Part shown: in pieces, positions 39,423 to 48,657 of the stretch
Position numbering within the stretch: position 1 is the stretch's first letter
Layout of the letters: the number at the start of each line of letters is the position of its first letter
Assembly (NCBI GenBank): GCA_965217865.1
Contig: CBDCJO010000002.1
Location: 5,088,001-5,152,000 of the forward strand
Origin: Candidatus Latescibacterota bacterium
Lineage (GTDB): Bacteria; Latescibacterota; UBA2968; SICM01
Direction: 5' to 3'
Length of the DNA stretch: 64,000 bases
Position numbers and translations under genes: made by a program
Notes under the pieces: model-generated
The model's input: the letters and a program-made list of their open reading frames with translations, nothing else
Database searches by the model: none
What the model was told of the DNA's origin: nothing

Positions 39423-40577
39423 TCAGCCTGCCCGGACTCGCCAGTCCGGCGAATCGCAGCCTAGAATCATCTCCTCCGTTATCTGCCCGTAGGCCAGCCT
39501 GGCAACGGCTTTCTCCCCTTCAAGACCGGTGCTGCTGTCCTGAATCGTGTTCCCCACCCACGTATACGCCGGGCCGGTCTTCATCGTATACACGATGTGG
39601 ATGACCCCTTCCGGGTCTTGAGTGGCTGAGGGATAGCAGATGAACCGGTCCCTGTCGAGCACGAGTTCCGCGCAGAAGGTGAGCCCGTCGTCTTCGGAAA
39701 GGGCGGCCGTGAGGTAGCTCCGCCCGACGTACTGGTCGGCCGGAGGTCTGTTCTTGTGTCCGGCCCGCGAGGCGAAAGTGGCATTGTTCAGAAGAAGGAC
39801 CCTTCCCGAGGCGAGCTTGAGCAGGAAAGGCTTGGTACCGGGGTTGGGGATTCCGGTCTCCCGAATGTCGTACCAGGACCCTCCCTCATCGTCTGATAAC
39901 CCCTCGAAGAGCCTCCCTCCGGTCGTGCGGTAAAGCGCCCAGAGCTTGCCGTCATCACGTTGAATGATGGTAGCCTCATCCAGGCCGCCGGGCACCTCGT
40001 CCGTTGTCCCGGGGTTCCGGTTCACCCAGGTCCTTCCATGGTCGACCGACGTGCGGGCATATTGCACAGGTCCGTCTTGAACGGGAGCCACCCACCTTCC
40101 GCTGGAGAGCACGATAGGCGGATTCGCCCCCCAGTGGGACCACGGTCTCACATCGCGGATCTTTATTTCATCTCCGTCCGCAGACACAATACCCTCGAAT
40201 ATCCGATCACCGCGAATTCGCTGCCGAAAGCCGGGGCAGTCATACTCTGCCCACTGCAGCCACACTTTTCCGTCGGGACGGGTCCACAGCACCGGACCAC
40301 CAGCCGCCCACCCGTCCTCAGGATCGATGACACACTCCAAGGCCGACCAGGAATGGCCGTTGTCGAAGGAGCGAGCCATTGCGACAACATTGTCGGGCTC
40401 GGGCTCGGCCCTGGGCCCACCCAGACAAGCAACGAGGAGCGTCCCTTTCGGGCTTCGCGCAATGGTCCCGACGTGAACGAACAGGCCCCACTTCTCCTCC
40501 AGGACCAGTCCCTTGGCCTCTCGGAATGGCGTATTTCGAAACAACTGCGTGTCGATCACGAAAAAGTCCTTCCACAA
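39423..40577 (-). CDS. BNR/Asp-box repeat sialidase-family protein
   Basis: Asp boxes SFDNGHSW, SVDHGRTW, SDDEGGSW, SEDDGLTF and YPS; start may be GTG 40559. Confidence 0.85.
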   Translation of the reverse strand: MWKDFFVIDTQLFRNTPFREAKGLVLEEKWGLFVHVGTIARSPKGTLLVACLGGPRAEPEPDNVVAMARSFDNGHSWSALECVIDPEDGWAAGGPVLWTRPDGKVWLQWAEYDCPGFRQRIRGDRIFEGIVSADGDEIKIRDVRPWSHWGANPPIVLSSGRWVAPVQDGPVQYARTSVDHGRTWVNRNPGTTDEVPGGLDEATIIQRDDGKLWALYRTTGGRLFEGLSDDEGGSWYDIRETGIPNPGTKPFLLKLASGRVLLLNNATFASRAGHKNRPPADQYVGRSYLTAALSEDDGLTFCAELVLDRDRFICYPSATQDPEGVIHIVYTMKTGPAYTWVGNTIQDSSTGLEGEKAVARLAYGQITEEMILGCDSPDWRVRAG

Positions 40578-40808
40578 TTCATTGAATCTGAATATCGGAA
40601 AATTGAAGGTTTGAATAACTCAGGACTTTCTTGTGGACTTATTGATCTCTTTGATTTTCAATCTTCAATTTCCCCTGACCTCTGCCACTGCTACTGCTTC
40701 TCCCGTCTCACGTCTCACGGCTGAGTTGAATTTAGGTCTTCTTCTGACTCCTGTCTTCTGTATTCTCTATTCCGGTGGGTGTGGGCGGAAGGGTCTTCGT
40801 TTCACGTT

Positions 40809-41873
40809 TCACATCTCACGTTTGCCGACTTTCCCGACGAACACGCCTGCTCGTGCGGCGAGATCAATCGCCTTGCGTGCGTCTATCACCCTGGGGCCGT
40901 TGACATTAAGCCGCAATCGGACAGTGGCGCCTGGCCGGAGTTCGATTTCGCGCTCGCCATCGAGGGCAAGCACACAAGGCTTTTGGTGGCTGACTACGAC
41001 CTCCTCGCACGGCGCCAGCAGTCGGTACTCAGATACGCTTACCTGTCGGATGAGGCCAGGGGCAATGGGTGCCAGCACTTGCTGGCCGCCCGGCTCCAGG
41101 CTAAGATACAGCCCCTGTCCTCGACTGAGCGAAGTCGAAGGATCGGACGAGTGATTCCCGTCAAGAAAGTGGGCACCAATGGATGACAGTCCGATGTTGC
41201 CAGCTTCGGCGTGGGTCAAGATGACTTCCTTGATTTTTGACACATCCCAGATTGCCCGAGAGGCGATAAATCGCTCGTCATACACGGCTGCATCTACCAG
41301 AGCGATGTCGTCAGGCGCATCGGCTGCCCGGATGGCTGCATCGCTGCCGCCCTCAGCGGACTTGCCATAAAGGACGTCCAAGCGCGGCACGACCCCCACG
41401 GCCTCGTCGGCCAGCCCGCGCGCGACCAGCCCTGCGGCCATCCCGGCAATGGTGCCTTCGATCATCGTGGGAAAAACGTTGTTGGTGCCGGTGGAGATCG
41501 GCATGAGGGGGACGTCACCGCTGGACTTGGCCACAGCGCGGTTGGTGCCGTCACCACCCAGCGTGGCGATACAGCCGACGCGGTCCGCAGCCATGTGTCC
41601 CGCAGCACGCGTGGAGTCCTGCTGGGTGAATGTTGTAGGCAAGGACAGGACCGGGGCATCGAGCCCGAGCTGCAGCCCGTCAAGCGCCTTACGGCCGATG
41701 CCAAACGATTCGGGCATGATCAAAACGCGGTCCACGCCCACGGCATCCAGCCCCAGCAACACCCGACGGACGATGTTGACTTTTTCGTCGTTGTCGAACA
41801 CCGTGCCGTGGGCCACCAGTCGGCGGATATCTTTGCCCGATGCCGGGTTCGCGATGATGCCAACGGTGATCAT
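40809..41873 (-). CDS. acoX: Acetoin catabolism protein X / ATP-NAD kinase family
   Basis: VGIIANPASGKDIRRLVA, LGGDGTNR, STGTNNVFP, ALDGERE. Confidence 0.9.
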   Translation of the reverse strand: MITVGIIANPASGKDIRRLVAHGTVFDNDEKVNIVRRVLLGLDAVGVDRVLIMPESFGIGRKALDGLQLGLDAPVLSLPTTFTQQDSTRAAGHMAADRVGCIATLGGDGTNRAVAKSSGDVPLMPISTGTNNVFPTMIEGTIAGMAAGLVARGLADEAVGVVPRLDVLYGKSAEGGSDAAIRAADAPDDIALVDAAVYDERFIASRAIWDVSKIKEVILTHAEAGNIGLSSIGAHFLDGNHSSDPSTSLSRGQGLYLSLEPGGQQVLAPIAPGLIRQVSVSEYRLLAPCEEVVVSHQKPCVLALDGEREIELRPGATVRLRLNVNGPRVIDARKAIDLAARAGVFVGKVGKREM

Positions 41874-43243
41874 TGGGCTGGAAGAACCTCACGCAGGAAG
41901 TCGAGCGTCAGGTCGGTCACCCGCCGGAAGCCGGGGCTGCCCGCTCTGACCCAGTCGAAGTGGCCCATGTCGGGCACGATCGACAACTGCCGCGGCTCGC
42001 CAGCGCGCGCGAACAAGCTACGCGATTCGTCAGCCGGAACCTGGCGATCGGCATTGCCGTGGATAAACAGCACAGGCCGTGGAGCAATGCGCTCAACCTG
42101 GTCTTCGGGCCGAAACTCGATCAACGCCTCTGCTGTCTCCAGCGACAAATCGCACTTCATCTGAGGGTACTCCTGATAGACACCCTCCAGGAAGCCCCTG
42201 GAGTCGGGATCGGGCACGACGATGTCCAGGGGATCCACACGAGCCGACTCTCCCGTCATCACTCGCTGCGAGCGATCCTGCACGAGCCGCTCCCGGAACT
42301 CCAGCCATTCGGGGTGGGGACGCAGGCTACGTAACCAGCGCTCCCCATCGCCCACGGCCTGGATAGCGACCACTGCGCCGACCCGCCGATCGACTGCCCC
42401 GGTTACGATTGCGTGCGATCCGCCCAGACTCACGCCGAGTACGGCCAAGCGTTCTGGATCGACCTGCGGCTGATTGGCCGCACACGTCAATGCTGCGCGA
42501 ACGTCATTTACTTGCTCCTGCGGGATGAGCCGCCAACGGGGCCCCTCGCTGTCACCGAACCCACGGTAATCAAATATCAAGGCGATGTACCCGGCTGCAT
42601 TCAGCGCCTTAGCGATGTCGGGCAAGGCAAGACCCTTGACGTAGGTGTAGCCCACGCACAGGACCACGGCAGGGCGTTTCTCATCGGGGTTAAGATCCCC
42701 GGGCGTGTATAACAGACCGTCCAGGCGGTGGCCTTCGCTGAAGAAGGTGATCTTTCGAATCGGCCGGATGACCGTCCCCAGGGCTCGCTCTACGTCTTTC
42801 CCGGTGATCGCCATACCCGGACCCGTTCCCTGTATCCCGGCCAGATCCAGGCCGTGCTCTTTGGCTATTCGCCGAGCGGCGGGCATGGCGCGGATGATGC
42901 CAGCCGGCGATGGCGCCGGCTGGGGAAGAGGACCCGACACCGGCGCACCCGCGCTCTCGTCAACAGGCGGTTCAGGCGGTGTGGTTACGTCGGGAAGGGG
43001 TTCGCCCGGCTCAGTGATCAGGGCTATGACCTGGCTGATCGGCACGTGGCTGCCAGCCGGCTGAAGGATCCGGGCCAGAATGCCGGAGGCCGGCGCTTCA
43101 ACCATAGAGACCATTTTCTCCGTCTCAACCTCCGCCAATGGTTCATCTTTTTCGACACGGTCGCCCTCCTGCTTGAGCCACTGGGCGATAAGGCCCTCCT
43201 GCATGCTCAGCCCCCACTTAGGCATAACGACCTCGAATGCCAT
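41870..43243 (-). CDS. acoC: AcoC-like E2: lipoyl domain, E3-binding domain and alpha/beta-hydrolase
   Basis: MPKWGLSMQEG..ETEK lipoyl motif, AMPAARRIAKEHGLDL..GTGP subunit-binding motif, GVSLGG nucleophile elbow, GNADRQV, GHF. Confidence 0.8.
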   Translation of the reverse strand: MAFEVVMPKWGLSMQEGLIAQWLKQEGDRVEKDEPLAEVETEKMVSMVEAPASGILARILQPAGSHVPISQVIALITEPGEPLPDVTTPPEPPVDESAGAPVSGPLPQPAPSPAGIIRAMPAARRIAKEHGLDLAGIQGTGPGMAITGKDVERALGTVIRPIRKITFFSEGHRLDGLLYTPGDLNPDEKRPAVVLCVGYTYVKGLALPDIAKALNAAGYIALIFDYRGFGDSEGPRWRLIPQEQVNDVRAALTCAANQPQVDPERLAVLGVSLGGSHAIVTGAVDRRVGAVVAIQAVGDGERWLRSLRPHPEWLEFRERLVQDRSQRVMTGESARVDPLDIVVPDPDSRGFLEGVYQEYPQMKCDLSLETAEALIEFRPEDQVERIAPRPVLFIHGNADRQVPADESRSLFARAGEPRQLSIVPDMGHFDWVRAGSPGFRRVTDLTLDFLREVLPAQ

Positions 43244-43258
43244 ACCATCTCCCTCAGC

Positions 43259-44275
43259 CTATATCATCGCTTCACGGACAGCTGTGACGATGCGCGCGGG
43301 CGAGGGGACGTAGGTGTCCTCCAGTCCCGGGCTGAACGGCACAGGCGTGTGTGGTGCGGTTACCAGTTTGACAGGCGCGTTCAGATATTCTATAGCTTGC
43401 GTGGCCGCAAGGGCGGCGATATCCGTTGCCACACTGCAGCGCGGGTTGTCCTCGTCCACGACGACCAGCCGGCCCGTCTTGCGGATCGAACTCAAAATGG
43501 TGTCGGCATCCAGCGGCACGAGGGTCCGAGGATCGACCACTTCAGCGCTAATGCCATCCTTTGCAAGCTCGTCGGCAGCTTGAAGCGAGAAGTCCACCAT
43601 GCGCGATACGGCGACGATGGTCACGTCCGAACCCTCACGCTTGATGTCCGCCTCGCCCAGAGGAATTACGAATTCCCCCTGGGGCACGGGCCCCTTGGTA
43701 TCGTACAGGAGCTTATGTTCGCAAAAAATGACCGGATCGTCGTCGCGAATTGACGCCAGCAGCAGGCCCTTGGCGTCGGCGGGCGTGGATGGGACGACGA
43801 CCTTCAACCCGGGGATGTGTACAAACATCGAGTAAACCGAGTCCGAGTGCTGCGCAGCGGCCCGGAGTCCGGCACCGATCATGGTTCGGATGACCAGTGG
43901 GATCTTGGCCTTGCCTCCGAACATATAGCGCATCTTGGCGGCCTGGTTGCTGATCTGGTCCAGGCATACCCCCATGAACCCGATGAACATCAGCTCGACC
44001 ACCGGCCGCAGGCCGCTCGCGGCCGCGCCCACGCCGGTTCCTATAAACGCCGACTCCGTGATGGGCGTGTCGCGCACGCGTTCGCGCCCGAACTTGTGGA
44101 TCAAGCCTTTAGTCACGCCGAGTGCGCCCCCCCACGTGTCGAGATGTGCCGGGTCATCGCTCTGAGGGGCACCTGAGATATCCTCGCCCATGACCACCAC
44201 CGTCGAATCGCGACCCATCTCCAGGTGCAAGGCCTCATTAAGGGCCTCACGATAGCTCAACGACCTTTCAGCCAT
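43259..44275 (-). CDS. acoB: TPP-dependent acetoin/2-oxoacid dehydrogenase E1 beta subunit
   Basis: GEDI, DTPITE, GLRPVVELMF, NQAAKMRYMFGG, AAQHS, DPRTLVPLD. Confidence 0.92.
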   Translation of the reverse strand: MAERSLSYREALNEALHLEMGRDSTVVVMGEDISGAPQSDDPAHLDTWGGALGVTKGLIHKFGRERVRDTPITESAFIGTGVGAAASGLRPVVELMFIGFMGVCLDQISNQAAKMRYMFGGKAKIPLVIRTMIGAGLRAAAQHSDSVYSMFVHIPGLKVVVPSTPADAKGLLLASIRDDDPVIFCEHKLLYDTKGPVPQGEFVIPLGEADIKREGSDVTIVAVSRMVDFSLQAADELAKDGISAEVVDPRTLVPLDADTILSSIRKTGRLVVVDEDNPRCSVATDIAALAATQAIEYLNAPVKLVTAPHTPVPFSPGLEDTYVPSPARIVTAVREAMI

Positions 44276-44279
44276 CGGG

Positions 44280-45296
44280 TTACCTCCTTATCTGGACCGC
44301 TGGCGTCTGGAACGGCCACAGCTCGGATTCAGGGAAGCCGACATAAACATCGGTCAGGGTTTCCGCCGGGTCGGGCTGGGGGCTCTCTTGGGCAAAACGG
44401 CAAGCCTCTTCTATGGCGTCCTTCGTCTCGAGGTCGATGGCATCCAGCTCGCTCTGGCTCAGTAGGCCCTGCTGCAGCACGGTTTTGCGGAAGAGATGGA
44501 TACAGTCCCTGGAGAGAAGGAATTCCTCTTCTTTTTCGGGCCGGTAGAGATCGGTATCGCCTTCGAAGTGACCATATTTGCGGTACGTCTGGGCCTCGAT
44601 GAAAGCCGGGCCTTCGCCACCCCGCGCGCGATCCACAGCCGCCCGCGTAGCTTCGTACACGGCGAACACATCCTGACCATCAAGGGCCATACCGGGCATG
44701 CCAAAACCACCCGCCCGCGCAGCGATATCGTTGCCTGATACAGAGTAAGCGGCGGCGGTCGTCTGGGCATACCGGTTGTTCTCGCAAACGAAGATGACGG
44801 GTAACTTCCAGACGCCGGCCAGGTTCATCGCCTCCAGGGTAGTACCCTGGTTGGAGGCACCGTCGCCGAAGAAGCAAACTGTCACCTGGTCTGTGCTTTT
44901 CACCTTGGCCGTAAGACCGGAACCACAGGCCAGAGGCGGCCCGCCACCGACGATACCGTTGGCGCCGAGCATCCCTTTCGACATATCGGCGATGTGCATT
45001 GAGCCGCCCTTACCTTTGCAGGCGCCGGTGGCCTTACCACAGATCTCAGCCACCATCAACTTGACATCTACGCCTTTGGCAATGCAATGGCCGTGGCCCC
45101 GGTGGGTGCTGGTGATGAAGTCATCATCCGTGAGATTAGCGCACACCCCCACTGCGACAGCTTCTTCACCGGCGTACAGGTGGACGAATCCGGGAATCTT
45201 TCCTGCAGCGAAATCCACATGAATGCGTTCCTCGAACTCCCGGATTAAACGCATGCGCTCGTACATCCAGAGTAGCTTGTCTTTCCCGATTTCCAT
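44280..45296 (-). CDS. acoA: TPP-dependent acetoin dehydrogenase E1 alpha subunit (own RBS and ATG inside the long ORF)
   Basis: PGFVHLYAGEEA, STHRGHGH, GKGGSMH, GDGASNQG TPP motif, ENN, GHFEGD; AGGGAGG RBS before ATG 45296. Confidence 0.92.
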   Translation of the reverse strand: MEIGKDKLLWMYERMRLIREFEERIHVDFAAGKIPGFVHLYAGEEAVAVGVCANLTDDDFITSTHRGHGHCIAKGVDVKLMVAEICGKATGACKGKGGSMHIADMSKGMLGANGIVGGGPPLACGSGLTAKVKSTDQVTVCFFGDGASNQGTTLEAMNLAGVWKLPVIFVCENNRYAQTTAAAYSVSGNDIAARAGGFGMPGMALDGQDVFAVYEATRAAVDRARGGEGPAFIEAQTYRKYGHFEGDTDLYRPEKEEEFLLSRDCIHLFRKTVLQQGLLSQSELDAIDLETKDAIEEACRFAQESPQPDPAETLTDVYVGFPESELWPFQTPAVQIRR

Positions 45297-48200
45297 TCGC
45301 AATCCCTCCCTGTGTCTATTTAACTTGACAAAAGTCGAGAAATCATTTAGGATTGTTTCGTTGAGTGCCTTTCTCCTTGCCCGTATTTCTTGACCCCTTT
45401 TCCACCTGGTGAGATCCCGGATGGCGGTGACCCTGACGGTCCGTCCCCGGTAGGGGACAGCCCTTCCTGTAACCTCGATGGGAAAAGTAGATCCGTCCTT
45501 TCTCAGGCCGACGACCTCATAGGGCCTTTTAGATCCGGATTGAATATTCTTGTAGATTGTTTCGTGGAATTCCGCGGGCGTAAGGTCCGCGGCCGTCTTC
45601 CCGATCATCTCCGAAGGCTCGTAACCAAACATCGATGCCAGCGATTGATTTGCATCCAGGATTTTACCCTCTTCGTGGAGGACGATACCCTCGAAGGCGG
45701 CCTCGGAGAGCCCTCGAAACCGCGCCTCGCTCTCTCGCATTGCCCGGCCCCTCCGGACGGCACGGGAACCCTGCCACACGATCAGCATCCCGGCGAGACA
45801 AAGCGCCAGGACCCCGAAGATCCGGTCATACGGCAGACGCACCTGGAGCGTTACAGTCGCGGGCTGTTCCGAGGGGACCAGGTCCCGGTCCACGGCCATG
45901 ACCTCGAACGTGTAGCTCCCTCTCGGAAGGTCCTGGTACTCCACCCTCCGGGTGTTTGTCGAGATCCAGCCCTCATCGTAGCCTTTCAGACGATATCGGA
46001 AGACCATCGCTTCCGCCCGTGTCTTGAAGCTCATTCCCGAAAATTCAAATGCGACAAGGTCCACAGTCGACGGGATCTCGATACCGGACACGGCCTCATA
46101 TCGTTTATCTGCAACCACGGCTTCGATGGAAACCCCCGGAGGAAACTTCGGGGGTTCACGATAGCGCGTGACACCCCTGACGGTTCCGATCCAGAGATCG
46201 CCCTCCCGGTCCTGGGTGATCGACGTGACCTGATTGCCGGCCAAACCATCCCGGTGGTCAATCGTCTGAAAGTTGACCCCATCGTATCGCGTTACGCCGC
46301 CGCCATAAGTGCCGAACAATAGATGGCCCCGTCGGTCCTGATAGATTGCCCGCACCACATTTTCGCCCAGGCCATCATCTTTTGTGATGGTCGTAAATCC
46401 TTTGCCGTCGAATCGACTCACGCCCCCACCCTCCGTGCCGAACCAGAGGATCCCCGCGCGATCTTCGAACATCGAAAAGACCACGTTGTGCGCCAATCCG
46501 TCTTCTGTGGTAAATGTCGTGAATCCCGGAGATTCCGGGCTTGGAGAGGGATCGAACCGGCTCACCCCGTCTCCCTGGGTGGCAAACCAGAGATATCCCT
46601 TCCGGTCCTGAAGAATGGACCACACTTTATAAGCAAGCCCATCCTGAATGTCGTATGTGGTCCACACCGGTCCGGATTTTCCTGAAGGATCGTATCGGCT
46701 CACCCCACCGCCAAAGGTCCCGAACCAGTATACGCCATCCCGATCCTGAAAAATGGACCATACCTCATCGTGGGCCAGGCCGTCTCCGGTTGAAAATGTC
46801 GTCCATGTCCGGCCATCATAGCGGGACACCCCTCCGCCCTTGGTCCCAAACCAGATGTGGCCCTCTCTATCCTGAAATACGGTGCGTACCTGAAGATTTC
46901 CGAGGCCGTCTTCCGGCGTGTAAGTCGCAAAGGTTCCATCACGATGATACCGGGTCGCCCCACCGTATGTGCCGAACCAGAGATCCCCGTGCCCATCTTC
47001 CAGGACCGAGAGCACCACATCGTGTCCGATCCCTTCCTCTGAGGTGAAAGAAATGAGGCTCTGGTCATAGCGGCTCACACCTCCGCCGGTACCGAACCAG
47101 AGATCCCCTTCTCGATCCTGAAATATCGACCCCACCCAGTTGCCCGCCAACCCGTCATCAGTGGTGATGGTTGTAAATCGTTTGAGACGGGGGTCAGCAG
47201 GCTTCTGTCCAGAGCTTATGGAGGGATCATACTTGCTCACACCTCCGCCCTGGCTTCCAAACCAGATATAGCCATCCCTATCCTGAAATATCGTGGATAC
47301 GCTATTGCTTCCAAGACCTTCTCGAGTTGTGAAGGTGATAAAGCGGTAGAAATTGTCGCTGCCGGTGGTTGAAGCCCCAACCTTCATCCTGTTCATGGGC
47401 TTTGATCCCAGGCCATACCGGGTTATCCCGCCATCTACGGTCCCAATCCAGAAATATCCTTCCCGATCCTGAAATACCGCCTGAACCAGATTGGCACCAA
47501 GGCCATCCTGGGTGGTGAATGTTGTCCAGGCTCTTTCAGCTCTTGCCAATGGATCATAAAGGCTCATCCCTGTCCCGGTAGCGAACCAGAAATGGCCCGC
47601 TCGATCCTGAACCATCGAAGTAACCTCCTCCCCGGCAAGACCATCCTGTGTACTAAACGTGATCCAGGCCTGTCCATCGAAACGGCTCACACCAGAGGTT
47701 GTCCCCACCCATAAAAGTCCGGATTGATCCAGGAACCAGGTCAAGGCGAGAATACCCTCCGGTTCGTCTTTAAAGTTGAAGACACTGGTGCGAAAAGTAT
47801 TTCCGCCTATTTTGAAGTCCATTGCGGGATGGGGTTCTGAAACTCCAACCCTTTTGTCCGATGGGGAGGGATCGAACCGGTTGAAACCGATTTCACTGCC
47901 CAACCATAGATTTCCCCCCGCATCTTGAAGAATCGTGCGGACTCTATTGGACAGCAGGCCGTTTTTCGTGGTGTAATTTGTCCAACGGAGCCCATCATAC
48001 CTGCTCAGACCATTTGACGTGCCAAACCAGATGTGTCCCTCTCGATCCTGTACAATCCCGTTCACGTTCACATTTACAAGCCCATCTGTCACATCGTAGG
48101 TGCGCCATTGACCTCTTCCGTGTTCAGCTGATATGGATTTTCCCGGACCAGAAGACACGATTTTCCCAGGCCCCGCAGGAGCGGTATATATACGGAATTC

Positions 48201-48608
48201 GTGTTGTATAAGGCCGGTTGGGAACGCAATTCCAAAGGCCGCACCCAGGCCGCGAAGGGCGGTGACCCATTCCGAATCGTTCTGTAAGGCTCTGTTTTTC
48301 TCCGCGATCTCGGATGGCGCGCTCACCTCAAACAGGCGGCTGAAGATGCCGTCGGGCCCGGGTCTCGGACGTTGAGTGGATTCCTTCAAGCCGTGTTTCG
48401 ACAAGATAGGCACGAGCTTCTCCGCATAGGAGGTCTCGAACTCTGCAATTCGATCGGGAGGGACCCAGAAAGAGAGGCGTGAAAGGGTGGGGGAGGGAGG
48501 GGAGGTGCGCGAAGCGGAGATACGATCGGAGGACCAGCCGTCGGAGAAGAAGAGGGAAATGCAAAATAAAAAGTGAAAAGTGAAAATTGTAAATTTGAGA
48601 AAAGTCAA
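44280..48608 (-). CDS. Membrane sensor (two-component regulator propeller repeats, YYY domain, TM helix, PAS) in frame with AcoA
   Basis: Many DREGxxWFGT..GGVSRYD repeats, YRLKGYD..W...EY.DLP.G.Y.FEV.A (YYY), TM helix, PAS (SEARFR...RKDGSTFPIEV); no stop before acoA. Confidence 0.75.
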   Translation of the reverse strand: MTFLKFTIFTFHFLFCISLFFSDGWSSDRISASRTSPPSPTLSRLSFWVPPDRIAEFETSYAEKLVPILSKHGLKESTQRPRPGPDGIFSRLFEVSAPSEIAEKNRALQNDSEWVTALRGLGAAFGIAFPTGLIQHEFRIYTAPAGPGKIVSSGPGKSISAEHGRGQWRTYDVTDGLVNVNVNGIVQDREGHIWFGTSNGLSRYDGLRWTNYTTKNGLLSNRVRTILQDAGGNLWLGSEIGFNRFDPSPSDKRVGVSEPHPAMDFKIGGNTFRTSVFNFKDEPEGILALTWFLDQSGLLWVGTTSGVSRFDGQAWITFSTQDGLAGEEVTSMVQDRAGHFWFATGTGMSLYDPLARAERAWTTFTTQDGLGANLVQAVFQDREGYFWIGTVDGGITRYGLGSKPMNRMKVGASTTGSDNFYRFITFTTREGLGSNSVSTIFQDRDGYIWFGSQGGGVSKYDPSISSGQKPADPRLKRFTTITTDDGLAGNWVGSIFQDREGDLWFGTGGGVSRYDQSLISFTSEEGIGHDVVLSVLEDGHGDLWFGTYGGATRYHRDGTFATYTPEDGLGNLQVRTVFQDREGHIWFGTKGGGVSRYDGRTWTTFSTGDGLAHDEVWSIFQDRDGVYWFGTFGGGVSRYDPSGKSGPVWTTYDIQDGLAYKVWSILQDRKGYLWFATQGDGVSRFDPSPSPESPGFTTFTTEDGLAHNVVFSMFEDRAGILWFGTEGGGVSRFDGKGFTTITKDDGLGENVVRAIYQDRRGHLLFGTYGGGVTRYDGVNFQTIDHRDGLAGNQVTSITQDREGDLWIGTVRGVTRYREPPKFPPGVSIEAVVADKRYEAVSGIEIPSTVDLVAFEFSGMSFKTRAEAMVFRYRLKGYDEGWISTNTRRVEYQDLPRGSYTFEVMAVDRDLVPSEQPATVTLQVRLPYDRIFGVLALCLAGMLIVWQGSRAVRRGRAMRESEARFRGLSEAAFEGIVLHEEGKILDANQSLASMFGYEPSEMIGKTAADLTPAEFHETIYKNIQSGSKRPYEVVGLRKDGSTFPIEVTGRAVPYRGRTVRVTAIRDLTRWKRGQEIRARRKALNETILNDFSTFVKLNRHREGLRMEIGKDKLLWMYERMRLIREFEERIHVDFAAGKIPGFVHLYAGEEAVAVGVCANLTDDDFITSTHRGHGHCIAKGVDVKLMVAEICGKATGACKGKGGSMHIADMSKGMLGANGIVGGGPPLACGSGLTAKVKSTDQVTVCFFGDGASNQGTTLEAMNLAGVWKLPVIFVCENNRYAQTTAAAYSVSGNDIAARAGGFGMPGMALDGQDVFAVYEATRAAVDRARGGEGPAFIEAQTYRKYGHFEGDTDLYRPEKEEEFLLSRDCIHLFRKTVLQQGLLSQSELDAIDLETKDAIEEACRFAQESPQPDPAETLTDVYVGFPESELWPFQTPAVQIRR

Positions 48609-48657
48609 AATTGAGAACCCTCTGGTTTATTAATACTGATCAGTTTCCATCTGGGTT

